This document shows positions 36,207 to 45,931 of a DNA stretch of 64,000 nt, piece by piece (position 1 is the stretch's first letter; each line of letters starts with the position of its first letter). The notes below the pieces were generated by a model that searched no databases, was not told the origin of the DNA, and saw only the letters and a program-made list of their open reading frames with translations. The position numbers were made by a program, and so were the translations under genes. The DNA comes from an uncultured bacterium. Lineage in GTDB: Bacteria > Zixibacteria > MSB-5A5 > GN15 > FEB-12. Where the stretch lies: the NCBI GenBank assembly GCA_965603125.1, contig CBFDBU010000008.1, forward strand, positions 30,929 through 94,928, read 5' to 3'.

Positions 36207-37034
36207 TCAATCACCGGATGAATCCCGTTTCACATCCTGCCAGATCTCCTCCAGTTGGTTCAAAGAGAAATCTGGGAACCGCTTGCCCGAAGCGAGAACC
36301 CTTTTTTCCAGCTTCTCGAATCTCGTCTTGAATTTCTTGAGGGCACGTTTGAGGGCCTGTTCCGGATCGATACCGAGCTTCCGAGCCAGTGATGCCGTGG
36401 CGAAAAGCAGATCCCCGATCTCGTCGGCCAGTCGTTCGTTGTTGCCTGTTTCCATTGCCGACTTGATCTCGTGTAGTTCCTCGTCCAGTTTGTCGATCAC
36501 ATCGTCGGCCTGGTGCCAGTCGAAACCGACGCCGGAGGCCTTTTCTCCCATGCGGAAAGCCATGTTGAGGGCAGGCATGGACTCCGGCAGGCCCGAGAGG
36601 ACCGATTTCTTTTCACCGGATTCGATCTTGAGCCGTTCCCACTGATCGCGGACCTGCTTTGGATTCAACTGCTCCGGCCTACCGAAAACGTGGGGATGAC
36701 GTGCGATCAGTTTCTCCGCGATTGATTCTACGGCGTCATCGGCCCCAAAGGCGCCGCTCTCCTGGGCCAGTTGGGCATGAAAAACGATCTGGCAGAGCAG
36801 ATCACCAAGCTCTTCGCAAAGGGCGCGGCTGTCTCCGGCTTCCACGGCTTCGACCACCTCGTAGGCCTCCTCGATCAGGTATGGAAGCAGGCTCTTGTGG
36901 GTCTGCTTACGGTCCCAGGCACAACCGTCCTCGGAGCGCAGGATAGCCATTATCAGCTTCAGCCTCTCCCAGGCGGGGAGTTTTTTATCGAGAACACGGC
37001 TTCGGGAATCCTGCATAATTGTCGATAATACCAT
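36207..37034 (-). CDS. mazG: nucleoside triphosphate pyrophosphohydrolase MazG
   Basis: Tandem MazG domains: DGCAWDRKQTHKSLLPYLIEEAYEVVEAV, EELGDLLCQIVFHAQLA and DEIGDLLFATASLARKLGIDPEQAL. Confidence 0.9.
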   Translation of the reverse strand: MVLSTIMQDSRSRVLDKKLPAWERLKLIMAILRSEDGCAWDRKQTHKSLLPYLIEEAYEVVEAVEAGDSRALCEELGDLLCQIVFHAQLAQESGAFGADDAVESIAEKLIARHPHVFGRPEQLNPKQVRDQWERLKIESGEKKSVLSGLPESMPALNMAFRMGEKASGVGFDWHQADDVIDKLDEELHEIKSAMETGNNERLADEIGDLLFATASLARKLGIDPEQALKRALKKFKTRFEKLEKRVLASGKRFPDFSLNQLEEIWQDVKRDSSGD

Positions 37035-37160
37035 ATGTTAACCGTTATGCCAACTCCTTTTGAACAGTCGTCTTGACAAGAAAGAAAGGCAAGGCTATGT
37101 TTGGACGCTTGAGTCCAAAACTTGAGCGGTCTTTTGTCAGCTTGAGCTGTTGAGAATGCC

Positions 37161-39836
37161 ATGAGTCCTAAGACGGATACAAAGAAGAAGCAATCCACGG
37201 CCTACTCGCCGGCCGAAGTCGAAGACAAAATCCTGCGCCGCTGGCTGGGGGCGGGCTATTTCCACGGCCGGGTGGACACGGCTGCCGAGCCGTACAGCAT
37301 TGTAATCCCTCCTCCCAACGTTACCGACGTCCTTCACCTGGGGCATGCCCTGAACAACACCATTCAGGATATCCTGATCCGGCGGCATCGCATGGAGAAC
37401 TACGAGACGATCTGGATTCCGGGGGTCGATCACGCCGGTATCGCGACGCAGGTGATTGTCGAGAAACAGTTGGTCAGGGAGGGAACCACGCGGCGGGAGA
37501 TCGGCCGCGAGAAGTTCCAGGAACGCACTGCCGGGTGGGCGCAGCGGAACAAGGACATTATCGTCGACCAGTTGAAGAAGATGGGTTGCAGTTGCGACTG
37601 GGAGCGCACCCGCTTCACATTCGACGAGGGCCTCTCGAGAGCCGTCGCCGAAGTGTTTATGCATCTGTACGAGAAGGGCTGGATCTATCGCGGGCACCGG
37701 ATAGTCAACTGGTGCCCCTCCTGCCAGACGTCGCTGTCGGATGATGAGGTTGAACATGAGGAGATCGACGGCCATCTCTGGTACATCAAGTACAAGCTCA
37801 AGGGTTCCGATGAATTCCTGACGGTGGCCACGACGCGACCGGAGACGATGCTGGGTGACACCGGGCTGGCGGTATCGCCCAAGGATCGGCGGTTCAAGAA
37901 GTACGTGGGCAAACAGGTCATACTGCCGATCCTGGAGCGCGAAATCCCTATCGTCGCCGACAGTTTTGTCGATCCTGAGTTCGGTACCGGCGTGGTGAAA
38001 GTGACTCCGGCCCATGACCCGAACGATTTCGAAATCGGTCGCCGCCATGATCTTCCGGAAATCAACATTCTCAACACCGACGGCTCACTCAACGAGAATG
38101 CAGGCAAGTTCAAGGGGCTGGATCGCTACGAGGTGCGCAAGCAATTGCTCGATGAGCTCAGAACGAAGGGATTGCTGGAGAAAACCGAGAAGTACCAGCT
38201 ATCTGCCGGTACCTGCTATCGCTGCCACCAGGTCATCGAGCCATACTTGTCCGATCAGTGGTTTGTGAAAATGAGCAAGTTGGCAGCCCCGGCCATCGAA
38301 GCGGTCAAGAGCGGCAAAATAAAGTTCCATCCCGAATACTGGTCCAAGACATATCTGCACTGGTTGGAGAACATCCGCGACTGGTGTATCTCCCGCCAGC
38401 TCTGGTGGGGGCACCGGATTCCCGTCTGGTACGCCGAGGACGGCACCATCTTTGCCTCCATCGACCGACCCTCGGCTGAACATTGCCCGGGCTGTGACCC
38501 GAAGAGCCTCGTTCAGGATGAAGATGTTCTGGACACCTGGTTTTCGTCCTGGCTGTGGCCCTTTTCCACTATGGGCTGGCCGGAGAAGACACCCGAGCTG
38601 AAGAAGTTTTATCCGACCAGGGTGCTTAGCACGGCTTCGGAAATCATCTATCTCTGGGTAGCGCGCATGGTCATGGCCGGCTATGAGTTTATGGGCGAGG
38701 CCCCCTTCTCCGACGTCTATATCCACGGCACGTTGCGGGACGCCAATGGCGTCAAGATGTCGAAATCGCTCGGCAACGGAATCGACCCGCTTGAGATAAT
38801 AGACAAGTACGGAGCCGACGCCCTGCGCATGTCGCTGGTTCTGGCCACTCCCGACGGCCAGGACCCCTGGATCAGCAAAAACACATTTGAGATTGGCCGC
38901 AATTTCGTAAACAAGCTGCACCAGGTCTCGCGGTTCGTGATGATTCGCCTTGACGGATGCCCCCCGGTGCTGGACGCGGTTGACGATAACAACCTGGTCA
39001 TATTCGATCGCTGGATACTCTCCCGCCTCGAGCGCACGATTCAGACGGTCGAGAAGGGGTTCCACGAATATCAGCTCTCGTCGGTGGCCAAGACCCTTTA
39101 CAACTTCGTGTGGAACGATTACTGCTCCTGGTATATCGAGTTGATAAAGCCCGATTCCCCGTCCGTTCCGATAAGAGAGGGTTCGCTCAACGTTGCCACC
39201 TACGTGCTGTACAACATCCTGAAACTTCTTTACCCCTTAGTACCGTTTGTTACCGAGAGGATCTATCTTGATCTGTGCGGTGCGGACTACGACTCCGACA
39301 AGACCCTCACGTTCGGGCCGTGGCCGAAGACGCAGGGCGAACATATCAACGACTCCCTGGAACTCAGCCTCGAGCAGATCCAGGCGGTAGTTACCGCGGT
39401 GCGGGCGGTACGCTCCGAGTTGAACGTACCTCCCGGCAGGAAATCGGACCTGTACATCAGAACCGATGACGCTGAGTTCGGCCAACTGCTTGAGAGTCAC
39501 ATCGAGTACTTCCGCTCACTGGTGCGGGTTGAGAATCTTCACACCGGCTGCGACATCAGGAAACCGCCCGTGTCGGCCTCGGCCGTGATCTCAGGGGCGG
39601 AGATATTCGTGCCGCTGGAAGGCCTGATCGATATCGAGCTCGAAAAGAAGCGGACAGAGAAAGAGCTGAAGAATCTCTCAGTGCAACTGGAGAAGATATC
39701 CAGGAAGCTGGCCAATGCCGATTTTCTGGCCAATGCTCCGAGCGAGGTTATCGAGCGTGAGAAAGGCAAAAAGCACGACTACCGGGAGCGGATCGAGAAG
39801 TTGAACAAGAACCTGGAACAGATTCTGGGTTGGTAA
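37161..39836 (+). CDS. valS: valine--tRNA ligase
   Basis: PPPNVTDVLHLGHAL (HIGH), KMSKSLGNGIDP (KMSKS), editing-domain TTRPETMLGDT and a C-terminal coiled coil. Confidence 0.95.
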   Translation: MSPKTDTKKKQSTAYSPAEVEDKILRRWLGAGYFHGRVDTAAEPYSIVIPPPNVTDVLHLGHALNNTIQDILIRRHRMENYETIWIPGVDHAGIATQVIVEKQLVREGTTRREIGREKFQERTAGWAQRNKDIIVDQLKKMGCSCDWERTRFTFDEGLSRAVAEVFMHLYEKGWIYRGHRIVNWCPSCQTSLSDDEVEHEEIDGHLWYIKYKLKGSDEFLTVATTRPETMLGDTGLAVSPKDRRFKKYVGKQVILPILEREIPIVADSFVDPEFGTGVVKVTPAHDPNDFEIGRRHDLPEINILNTDGSLNENAGKFKGLDRYEVRKQLLDELRTKGLLEKTEKYQLSAGTCYRCHQVIEPYLSDQWFVKMSKLAAPAIEAVKSGKIKFHPEYWSKTYLHWLENIRDWCISRQLWWGHRIPVWYAEDGTIFASIDRPSAEHCPGCDPKSLVQDEDVLDTWFSSWLWPFSTMGWPEKTPELKKFYPTRVLSTASEIIYLWVARMVMAGYEFMGEAPFSDVYIHGTLRDANGVKMSKSLGNGIDPLEIIDKYGADALRMSLVLATPDGQDPWISKNTFEIGRNFVNKLHQVSRFVMIRLDGCPPVLDAVDDNNLVIFDRWILSRLERTIQTVEKGFHEYQLSSVAKTLYNFVWNDYCSWYIELIKPDSPSVPIREGSLNVATYVLYNILKLLYPLVPFVTERIYLDLCGADYDSDKTLTFGPWPKTQGEHINDSLELSLEQIQAVVTAVRAVRSELNVPPGRKSDLYIRTDDAEFGQLLESHIEYFRSLVRVENLHTGCDIRKPPVSASAVISGAEIFVPLEGLIDIELEKKRTEKELKNLSVQLEKISRKLANADFLANAPSEVIEREKGKKHDYRERIEKLNKNLEQILGW

Positions 39837-39856
39837 CCGGCAATGACCGGTTTTTC
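39835..39856 (+). terminator. rho-independent terminator of valS
   Basis: AACCGG-caatga-CCGGTT followed by TTTC, overlapping the TAA stop. Confidence 0.55.
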
Positions 39857-39903
39857 TGCGACATAGGCTCTTTCGCGTAAGGGGGAAGTCACAAGATGGT
39901 CTC

Positions 39904-39924
39904 GGGCAGACCGGAGGGCTGTCT
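39904..39924. repeat. GCAGAC-type hairpin family member (diverged)
   Basis: GGGCAGACCGGAGGGCTGTCT, compare GGGGCAGACCGGGGGTCTGC at 56539..56558. Confidence 0.4.
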
Positions 39925-40065
39925 CAATAGTAAGTTGCCCAAGGCAACGGCTGAGTGACACCCTCAAGCTTGTTTAGTTGTGTCTCTTCCTGGACTGAAT
40001 TCCCGTTCCAAACAAGTTTGAAACGGCCACCCGACGATGGCTTGTGGGCCCTGTGTGTAGTCTCC

Positions 40066-41043
40066 TCATTGCGGATAGAACAGGGCGCCGAAGTCCTGAA
40101 AGAAGTGGGCGAGGATACACGGCCATAGGCGTCCCGTGCGCAAATACAAAAATGAGAACATCAGCCCGTACACGGTGATCAGAATAATGCCGGGGAGACC
40201 CTGGTAGGCGTGGGCCATGCCGAATGCCAGCGCCGACAGCGCCGTCGGCACGACCCAGGAATTCGTTTTCCCTACCAGCCGAAGTCGAGTCATCAGGTAG
40301 CCGCGAAACCCGATCTCTTCACAGAAGCCGGCCGTCGCCGACACGGCCACCCATACGATGCGGCCGACCGTGTCCTCGGGAATCAGCAGCGCAATTTCTC
40401 CCGGCATCGGCAGCCCGATTTGGGCCAGCCCCCAGGCCAGCCCCGCGAGTATCAGGTTGGAGGATACCAGAAAGGCAACCACCCAGAGAAAATCCACCGG
40501 CCGGAGTCTGCCGAGACCAAGCCCGGCGAGGCCGGTCTGTTCGCGGAAGGTGGCGACGTAGAGAAGAAGAAAGACCGACCACTGTATGAACACAGTCGCA
40601 ATCAGCCCGATCAACAGGATTTCCTCAGTCAGTAAATCAGTAAGTTTCGAGGGATCGTCGGCGGTCGCTACTGCGACTGCGGGATATGCCAGGAGCAAGA
40701 CGGCCAGCGATATCCATGTCAGGCGGGACCGGCGGAAATAAGCATTACCCGAGTTGACCGCAAAGTGGCTGAAGGGAGTGTCCGCGGCGTCCTGCGGAGT
40801 GTACCCGGAGATGTGTTCAAGATCGTCAGTAGTCACGAACGCCAAGGTACAAAAGCGTCTTCTCGAAAGCGAGTTCAAATCGAGTCTCCGGACCCGGTCG
40901 CCAACCGTAACCCGCATCGAAAGTGACTCATGTGATAGTAGGGAGGCCAGACGCGTCGATTTGGATGCGAACCCCTTGTGGTAGCCCTCACGCGATGGAT
41001 CGGCTTTCTTGGGGGAAAGCGAAATGAAATCGCATGCCGTCAA
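40066..41043 (-). CDS. CPBP family intramembrane glutamic endopeptidase (CAAX protease-like)
   Basis: Motif 1 CEEIGFRGYL, motif 2 FGMAHAYQ, motif 3 HFFQDFG, with multiple TM segments. The start is uncertain. ATG 40917 (MRVTVGD) would avoid overlap with the divergent gene at 41067. Confidence 0.8.
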   Translation of the reverse strand: MTACDFISLSPKKADPSREGYHKGFASKSTRLASLLSHESLSMRVTVGDRVRRLDLNSLSRRRFCTLAFVTTDDLEHISGYTPQDAADTPFSHFAVNSGNAYFRRSRLTWISLAVLLLAYPAVAVATADDPSKLTDLLTEEILLIGLIATVFIQWSVFLLLYVATFREQTGLAGLGLGRLRPVDFLWVVAFLVSSNLILAGLAWGLAQIGLPMPGEIALLIPEDTVGRIVWVAVSATAGFCEEIGFRGYLMTRLRLVGKTNSWVVPTALSALAFGMAHAYQGLPGIILITVYGLMFSFLYLRTGRLWPCILAHFFQDFGALFYPQ

Positions 41044-41066
41044 ATGGATCGATTACAGGAAGACAA

Positions 41067-41645
41067 ATGGCAAACAACCGCATTGTCTATCAGAACTGGA
41101 TTGTGGACATGGGTTACGATCCGGGTGGATGCGCCGGTGGGGCCGGTTCGCGCCGGTCGCCGGCGCTGGGTATCTCGCTGAACAGTCCCGCCGCAGTTGC
41201 CCTGACCGATGAGGATATTCTCGGTCTTGCCGAACAGGCCGCCCGGGCTGTACTCGTGCGCGAGCAGGTCGACACAGCACTGGCGCAGTTGACCGACGAA
41301 GAGAGGGAGTTCGCCGTCAGGTTCTATTTCATGGGGGAAAGCTACCGGCTAATCTCGGAGAAGTCGGGTCGTGCCGTTCACAAACTGGAGACCCTGCACA
41401 AGCGTAGCCTGAGAAAACTCAGGAAAGAACTGGCGCCGTTCGTACAGGAGATGTACCGATTGCGGCCCGCGATCAGAAGGGACTGCCCGATCTGCAGGTC
41501 GCCGCACCTGGACGCCATCAACAGGCTCATCCGGGACCGGGACAAGGCGTCCACCTGGAAGCCGGTACTGAAAGTCCTGCGTGAGAAGTACGGGCTATGT
41601 ATTTCCAGTCCGCAGCTACTGATCGGTCACGAGAAATATCACTGA
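41067..41645 (+). CDS. sigma-70 region-4-like HTH protein with C-terminal CxxC segment
   Basis: LTDEEREFAVRFYFMGESYRLISEKSGRAVHKLETLHKRSLRKLRKEL resembles sigma70_r4. CPICRSPHLD follows downstream. AGGAAG lies before ATG 41067. Confidence 0.6.
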   Translation: MANNRIVYQNWIVDMGYDPGGCAGGAGSRRSPALGISLNSPAAVALTDEDILGLAEQAARAVLVREQVDTALAQLTDEEREFAVRFYFMGESYRLISEKSGRAVHKLETLHKRSLRKLRKELAPFVQEMYRLRPAIRRDCPICRSPHLDAINRLIRDRDKASTWKPVLKVLREKYGLCISSPQLLIGHEKYH

Positions 41646-41711
41646 GGTCGCCGACTGGTATCTGTCACGCCGCCAGATAAGTTGACGACCCAAATATAGG
41701 GAGAGCAGGAA

Positions 41712-41969
41712 ATGGCCAACGATCCAACCACGGGCGCCAAAGTCAGGGGGGATCACTGTCTTAACGTGTTCGTCTCGTACGAGTTGAAGGAGAAGCTGAA
41801 GGCTTTGGCAAAGAAGTACGACCGCACGACATCCGACATGGTGCGGGCAGTGCTCCGGATCGGCATTCCGATGATGGAAGGTCTATCCCAGGCTGAGGAA
41901 ATCATGGTCAGGGAGTATATCTCCCTCTTCCGTAAGCTGCGGCAGGTGAAATCGCTCAAGGAGATATGA
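41712..41969 (+). CDS. ribbon-helix-helix (CopG/Arc-like) small DNA-binding protein
   Basis: NVFVSYELKEKLKALAKKYDRTTSDMVRAVLRIGI shows a beta-strand then helix-helix pattern. GGGAGAGCAGG RBS region. Confidence 0.55.
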   Translation: MANDPTTGAKVRGDHCLNVFVSYELKEKLKALAKKYDRTTSDMVRAVLRIGIPMMEGLSQAEEIMVREYISLFRKLRQVKSLKEI

Positions 41970-42099
41970 TCCCGGGTGCCGTGCCGGCCATTGTGCCGTA
42001 AGTCCGCAAAGTCGGAAAGACGAGCGATTAAAAAAAGCTTGAGGGCTCCCGTCGTTCTTCGTATCATCCAGCCAGTTTGCTGAACTGGAATTATGCACG

Positions 42100-43491
42100 A
42101 TGCTGGAAAAACAAAGAACGGTCAGGACTGAAATCTCGATGTCCGGCGTGGGGCTTCACACCGGCAACAACTGCACCATGACTCTCAAGCCGGCCCCCCC
42201 CGATACCGGCATCCATTTTGTCCGAAGTGACCTTCCCGGCAAACCGTGGGTCATCGCCGACATCGACCACGTTGTGAACATCTCCCGCGGCACCACCCTG
42301 CAGCACGGCGAGGCCATGGTGCACACGGTGGAGCACGTTCTGGCCGCTATCGCGGGCCTGGAAATCGATAACCTAGTCGTCGAGCTTGACAGCAACGAGC
42401 CGCCGGTTGGAGACGGCTCCGCCCGACCGTATGTCGACAAACTGCTTGAGGCCGGCTTCGAGAGTCAGGAAGCCGACAAGGCATATCTTGAGATCGACAC
42501 GCCGATGGCTTACAACGAGCCGGAACGGGGGGTCGACCTGGTCGTCACGCCGTCCGACGAGTTGCGCATCACCTTCATGATCGACTACAAGAACCCGGCC
42601 CTGGGGACCCAGTACACGTCGCTGGTGGACCTGGAGAAGGAATTCGTTGACGAGTTCGCGCCGGCGCGGACGTTTTGTTTTCTCTCGGAGGTCGAGGCCC
42701 TCAAGGACGCCGGACTCATAAAAGGCGGCGGTTTGCACAACGCCATTGTGATCTACGACAGCGACCTCGGTCAGGTGGAGGTTGACCGCATCCGCAAGGC
42801 GCTCGACCTGCAGGAGGAGGCGTTCGTCGGCAAAACGGGCATCATAAACGATATCCCCCTCCGTTTCTACAACGAACCCGTGCGCCATAAGGCGCTCGAT
42901 CTGTTGGGGGATTTGCTGCTGATCGGGGCGCCTCTGAAAGGGCACGTGCTGGCGGCGCGGTCCGGTCACAAAGCCAATGTCGCCCTGGCCCGGAAACTAC
43001 GTGAACTATACAGGAAAAAAAAGATGGCCCGGCGCTACGCGACCAAGGCCGGCGAGGCGTTCTTTGATATCAATTCCATTCTGAAAATAATGCCCCACCG
43101 TTACCCGTTCCTGCTTATCGACCGTATTCTCGACCTCGAACCGGGCAAGAGTGTGGTCGCGATCAAGAACGTGACCATCAACGAGCCGTTCTTCCAGGGG
43201 CATTTCCCCAGCCACCCGATCATGCCCGGAGTGCTGGTACTCGAGGCGATGGCGCAGGCGGGCGGTGTACTTCTGCTTCACGCCATGGATAAACCTGAGA
43301 CCAAGCTGGTCTACTTCATGGCCATCGACAACGCCCGCTTCCGAAAACCGGTCATACCGGGCGACCGGCTTCGCTTTGAACTCTCAATGAACGCCTTTCG
43401 CAGGAACACCTGCAAGATGTCCGGCAAGGCGTTTGTCGATGACGATCTCGTGGCCGGCGCGGACTTCATGGCGATGGTTATTGACCGATGA
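42100..43491 (+). CDS. lpxC/fabZ: bifunctional UDP-3-O-acyl-GlcNAc deacetylase / 3-hydroxyacyl-ACP dehydratase (LpxC-FabZ fusion)
   Basis: LpxC N-terminus [29 protein letters not shown]...[13 protein letters not shown]...HKAL. FabZ C-terminus [44 protein letters not shown]. Confidence 0.93.
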   Translation: MLEKQRTVRTEISMSGVGLHTGNNCTMTLKPAPPDTGIHFVRSDLPGKPWVIADIDHVVNISRGTTLQHGEAMVHTVEHVLAAIAGLEIDNLVVELDSNEPPVGDGSARPYVDKLLEAGFESQEADKAYLEIDTPMAYNEPERGVDLVVTPSDELRITFMIDYKNPALGTQYTSLVDLEKEFVDEFAPARTFCFLSEVEALKDAGLIKGGGLHNAIVIYDSDLGQVEVDRIRKALDLQEEAFVGKTGIINDIPLRFYNEPVRHKALDLLGDLLLIGAPLKGHVLAARSGHKANVALARKLRELYRKKKMARRYATKAGEAFFDINSILKIMPHRYPFLLIDRILDLEPGKSVVAIKNVTINEPFFQGHFPSHPIMPGVLVLEAMAQAGGVLLLHAMDKPETKLVYFMAIDNARFRKPVIPGDRLRFELSMNAFRRNTCKMSGKAFVDDDLVAGADFMAMVIDR

Positions 43492-44261
43492 CCGATATCC
43501 ACAAGACCGCAATAGTGTCACCCAAAGCGGAGCTTGCCGAAGACGTGACGGTTGGCCCGTACAGTATCATCGAGGATGACGTCACAATCGGCAAAGGTAC
43601 GAGAGTTGCGTCAACGGCGTTGATCGCCGCCGGAGCCAGGATCGGCGAGAACGTGACCGTTGCGCACGGCGCCGTCATTGCCACGCAGCCGCAGGATTTG
43701 AAGTTCGAGGGCGAAATAACCACCGCCGTGATTGGCGACGGCACAGTGGTCCGCGAGTACGCCACCATAAACCGGGGTACAAAAGACCGCAACGAGACAA
43801 CGGTCGGGAGAAACTGCCTGATTATGGCCTACGCCCACGTAGCCCACGATTGCCTCATCGGTGACAACGTCATCATGGCAAACTCGGTCAACCTTGCCGG
43901 GCATATCGAAATCGGCGAGTGCGCTATTATTGGCGGCGTGGTGCCGGTGCATCAGTTTGTCAAGATTGGCGCTCATGCCATGATCGGCGGCGGTTTTCGC
44001 GTGCAGCACGACATCTGCCCTTACGCGCTGGTGGCCGGGTATCCGCTGAAGGTTGTGGGGGTCAATGTCATCGGTCTCAGGCGTCGCGGTTTCAAGCGGG
44101 AGGTGATAAAGAGCATTGAGGGGGCCTTCAAGTCTCTTTTCTTCAGCGGGCTTAACACGTCACAAGCGGTCGAACGAATCAGGGGCGAGATGCAGATCAC
44201 ACCGGAGCTTGAAGTCATCCTGAGCTTTGTCGACGACTCCACCCGCGGATTGGTCAAGTAG
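43488..44261 (+). CDS. lpxA: acyl-ACP--UDP-N-acetylglucosamine O-acyltransferase
   Basis: [35 protein letters not shown] hexapeptide repeats, ...[19 protein letters not shown]. The ATGA start overlaps lpxC-fabZ. Confidence 0.92.
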   Translation: MTDIHKTAIVSPKAELAEDVTVGPYSIIEDDVTIGKGTRVASTALIAAGARIGENVTVAHGAVIATQPQDLKFEGEITTAVIGDGTVVREYATINRGTKDRNETTVGRNCLIMAYAHVAHDCLIGDNVIMANSVNLAGHIEIGECAIIGGVVPVHQFVKIGAHAMIGGGFRVQHDICPYALVAGYPLKVVGVNVIGLRRRGFKREVIKSIEGAFKSLFFSGLNTSQAVERIRGEMQITPELEVILSFVDDSTRGLVK

Positions 44262-44588
44262 CAGGGGCACAAGATTCCTGTTCTGCCAGCTGTTCCGACC
44301 GATCCCACAGCGCGCCGCAGGCCGGTGGGGTACTATTGTAATACGGATGTTCGGCTGGAACCCGATCTTGTTGTTAGTCCGTAATGTGTTACCAGAAGAG
44401 CGAGTTCTGGCGCAGCTATTAGCCCGCTGTCGGCAGCAGTTTCAGTCCCTTATTTGTTTCTCTAAAAGAACGTAGCCCCGCCCAACATTCGCCCACTAAT
44501 ATACCAAAACTGCTAATAAAAAATCCCCCGCTTCGGCAACAAATCCATCGCTTGACGGAGTCGGAAACTCTATGTTCACAAAAAGCTC

Positions 44589-44616
44589 TTGCCATTTCCC
44601 GTTTTCAGATTATATT
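44589..44616 (+). promoter_or_regulatory. candidate sigma70-type promoter of the rib operon
   Basis: TTGCCA-16 nt-TATATT ends about 10 nt before the riboswitch P1 helix. Confidence 0.5.
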
Positions 44617-44626
44617 GCCCGGACAT

Positions 44627-44747
44627 AAATCTTCGGGGCGAGGTGGAATCCCTCGACCGGCGGTAAAGCCCGCGAGCCGGAGAAAGTCTCCGGCAGAGCC
44701 TGTGAGATTCAGGCGCCGACGGTAACAGTCCGGATGGTAGGAGGTTT
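44627..44747 (+). promoter_or_regulatory. FMN riboswitch (RFN element)
   Basis: AAATCTTCGGGGCGAGGTGGAATCCCTCGACCGGCGGTAAAGCCCGCGAGCC...GCCGACGGTAACAGTCCGGATGGTAGGAGGTTT matches the conserved RFN core. P1 is AAATCTTC/GGAGGTTT. It sits directly upstream of ribD. Confidence 0.9.
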
Positions 44748-44793
44748 CAGTGCGGAGACGCATACCTGTGTTGTAAGCCCACCGTCTGCCCGT

Positions 44794-44820
44794 GCCCCGA
44801 ATAGACACCGGGGTTTTTTT
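44794..44820 (+). terminator. riboswitch expression-platform terminator
   Basis: CCCCG-aatagacac-CGGGG followed by T7. It ends immediately before the candidate ribD start. Confidence 0.5.
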
Positions 44821-45927
44821 GTGGATGCTGAAGCAGACGCGCAGTACATGAGGCAGGCCTTGACTCTGGCCGAGAAGGGGAGAGGCAGAACATCCCCCAA
44901 TCCGATGGTCGGGGCGATCCTGGTGAAAGGCGGGAGTGTCATCGGCAGAGGATACCACCGCGCCGTGGGACGGGATCATGCCGAGATTGCAGCTCTCAAA
45001 GACGCCGGACGGAGTGCGCGGGGAAGCACCATGTACGTCACGCTGGAACCGTGTTGTCATACCGGTCGCACCGGTCCGTGCAGTCAGGCGATCATCGAGG
45101 CCGGGCTCAGCAAACTCTTCTACGCCGCCAGGGATCCCGATCCCCGGGTAAACGGCAAGTGTGCGCGCCTGCTGAGAAAAGCCGGTATCGAGGTCACCGG
45201 CGGACTTCTACGCAGAGAGGCTCGACGGCTCAACGACTGGTATTTCGGCTACGTGGAGAACGGGCGCCCGTTCGTAATCCTGAAGCACGCCCAGAGCCTC
45301 GACGGCCGGATCGCCACGCGCACCGGTGATTCCAGGTGGATATCGGGACGCGAGTCCCTCAAGCTGGCTCATCGCCTGCGCAGCGAAGTCGATGCCGTCC
45401 TGGTGGGATCAGGAACGGTACGTGCCGATGATCCGGCTCTGACCGTTCGATTGGTCAAAGGGAACAACCCTTACCGGATTGTGGTTTCTGCATCGATGAA
45501 CCTGCCTATTCACAGTCGGCTGCTAAAGGACAACAAAGACTGCAGGACCATCCTGGCGACGACGGCGGCCGCACGGGAAAAATTCGCGCGCCGCAAACGT
45601 CTGCCACACATGATATTCTGGGAGGTCAGCGCGAACCGCAGCGGTGGCATTGACATCGAGGATCTGGTGCAAAAGGCGATGGACTTCGGGTTCCAATCGC
45701 TGTTGGTCGAGGGTGGCGCCGAACTGGCGACATCATTTATGAAATCCGGTCTCGTTGACAAGTACATCATCATAACGGCGCCCGTTATTCTGGGCAAGGG
45801 AGTCAACGCAATCGGCGAGTTGAACGCGCGCACGATTGCCGACGGCACATACTTTAACGACTACACTATGGAAAAGAGCGGTGGCGACTGCGTCTTTGTC
45901 GGTTACCCCGGCAGGAAGGAAAGGTAA
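44821..45927 (+). CDS. ribD: bifunctional diaminohydroxyphosphoribosylaminopyrimidine deaminase / 5-amino-6-(5-phosphoribosylamino)uracil reductase
   Basis: YMRQALTLAEKGRGRTSPNPMVGAILV, HAEIAAL and TLEPCCHTGRTGPC (deaminase zinc site), plus the reductase half. The track start 44734 lies inside the riboswitch. The start is taken as GTG 44821, with ATG 44848 as the alternative. Confidence 0.9.
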   Translation: MDAEADAQYMRQALTLAEKGRGRTSPNPMVGAILVKGGSVIGRGYHRAVGRDHAEIAALKDAGRSARGSTMYVTLEPCCHTGRTGPCSQAIIEAGLSKLFYAARDPDPRVNGKCARLLRKAGIEVTGGLLRREARRLNDWYFGYVENGRPFVILKHAQSLDGRIATRTGDSRWISGRESLKLAHRLRSEVDAVLVGSGTVRADDPALTVRLVKGNNPYRIVVSASMNLPIHSRLLKDNKDCRTILATTAAAREKFARRKRLPHMIFWEVSANRSGGIDIEDLVQKAMDFGFQSLLVEGGAELATSFMKSGLVDKYIIITAPVILGKGVNAIGELNARTIADGTYFNDYTMEKSGGDCVFVGYPGRKER

Positions 45928-45931
45928 CGCT

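Noticed and set aside
35974-36645. 223-aa plus-strand ORF
   Set aside because: It overlaps the start of paralogue D and is antisense to mazG. It is Ser/Arg-rich with no motif.
37137-39065. Two long minus-strand ORFs (37137..38048 and 38199..39065)
   Set aside because: Both are antisense to valS, whose identity is certain. They are shadow ORFs.
44734-44820. Track start of the ribD ORF at 44734
   Set aside because: These codons lie within the FMN riboswitch and its terminator, and RibD homology begins at ...DAQYMRQAL.
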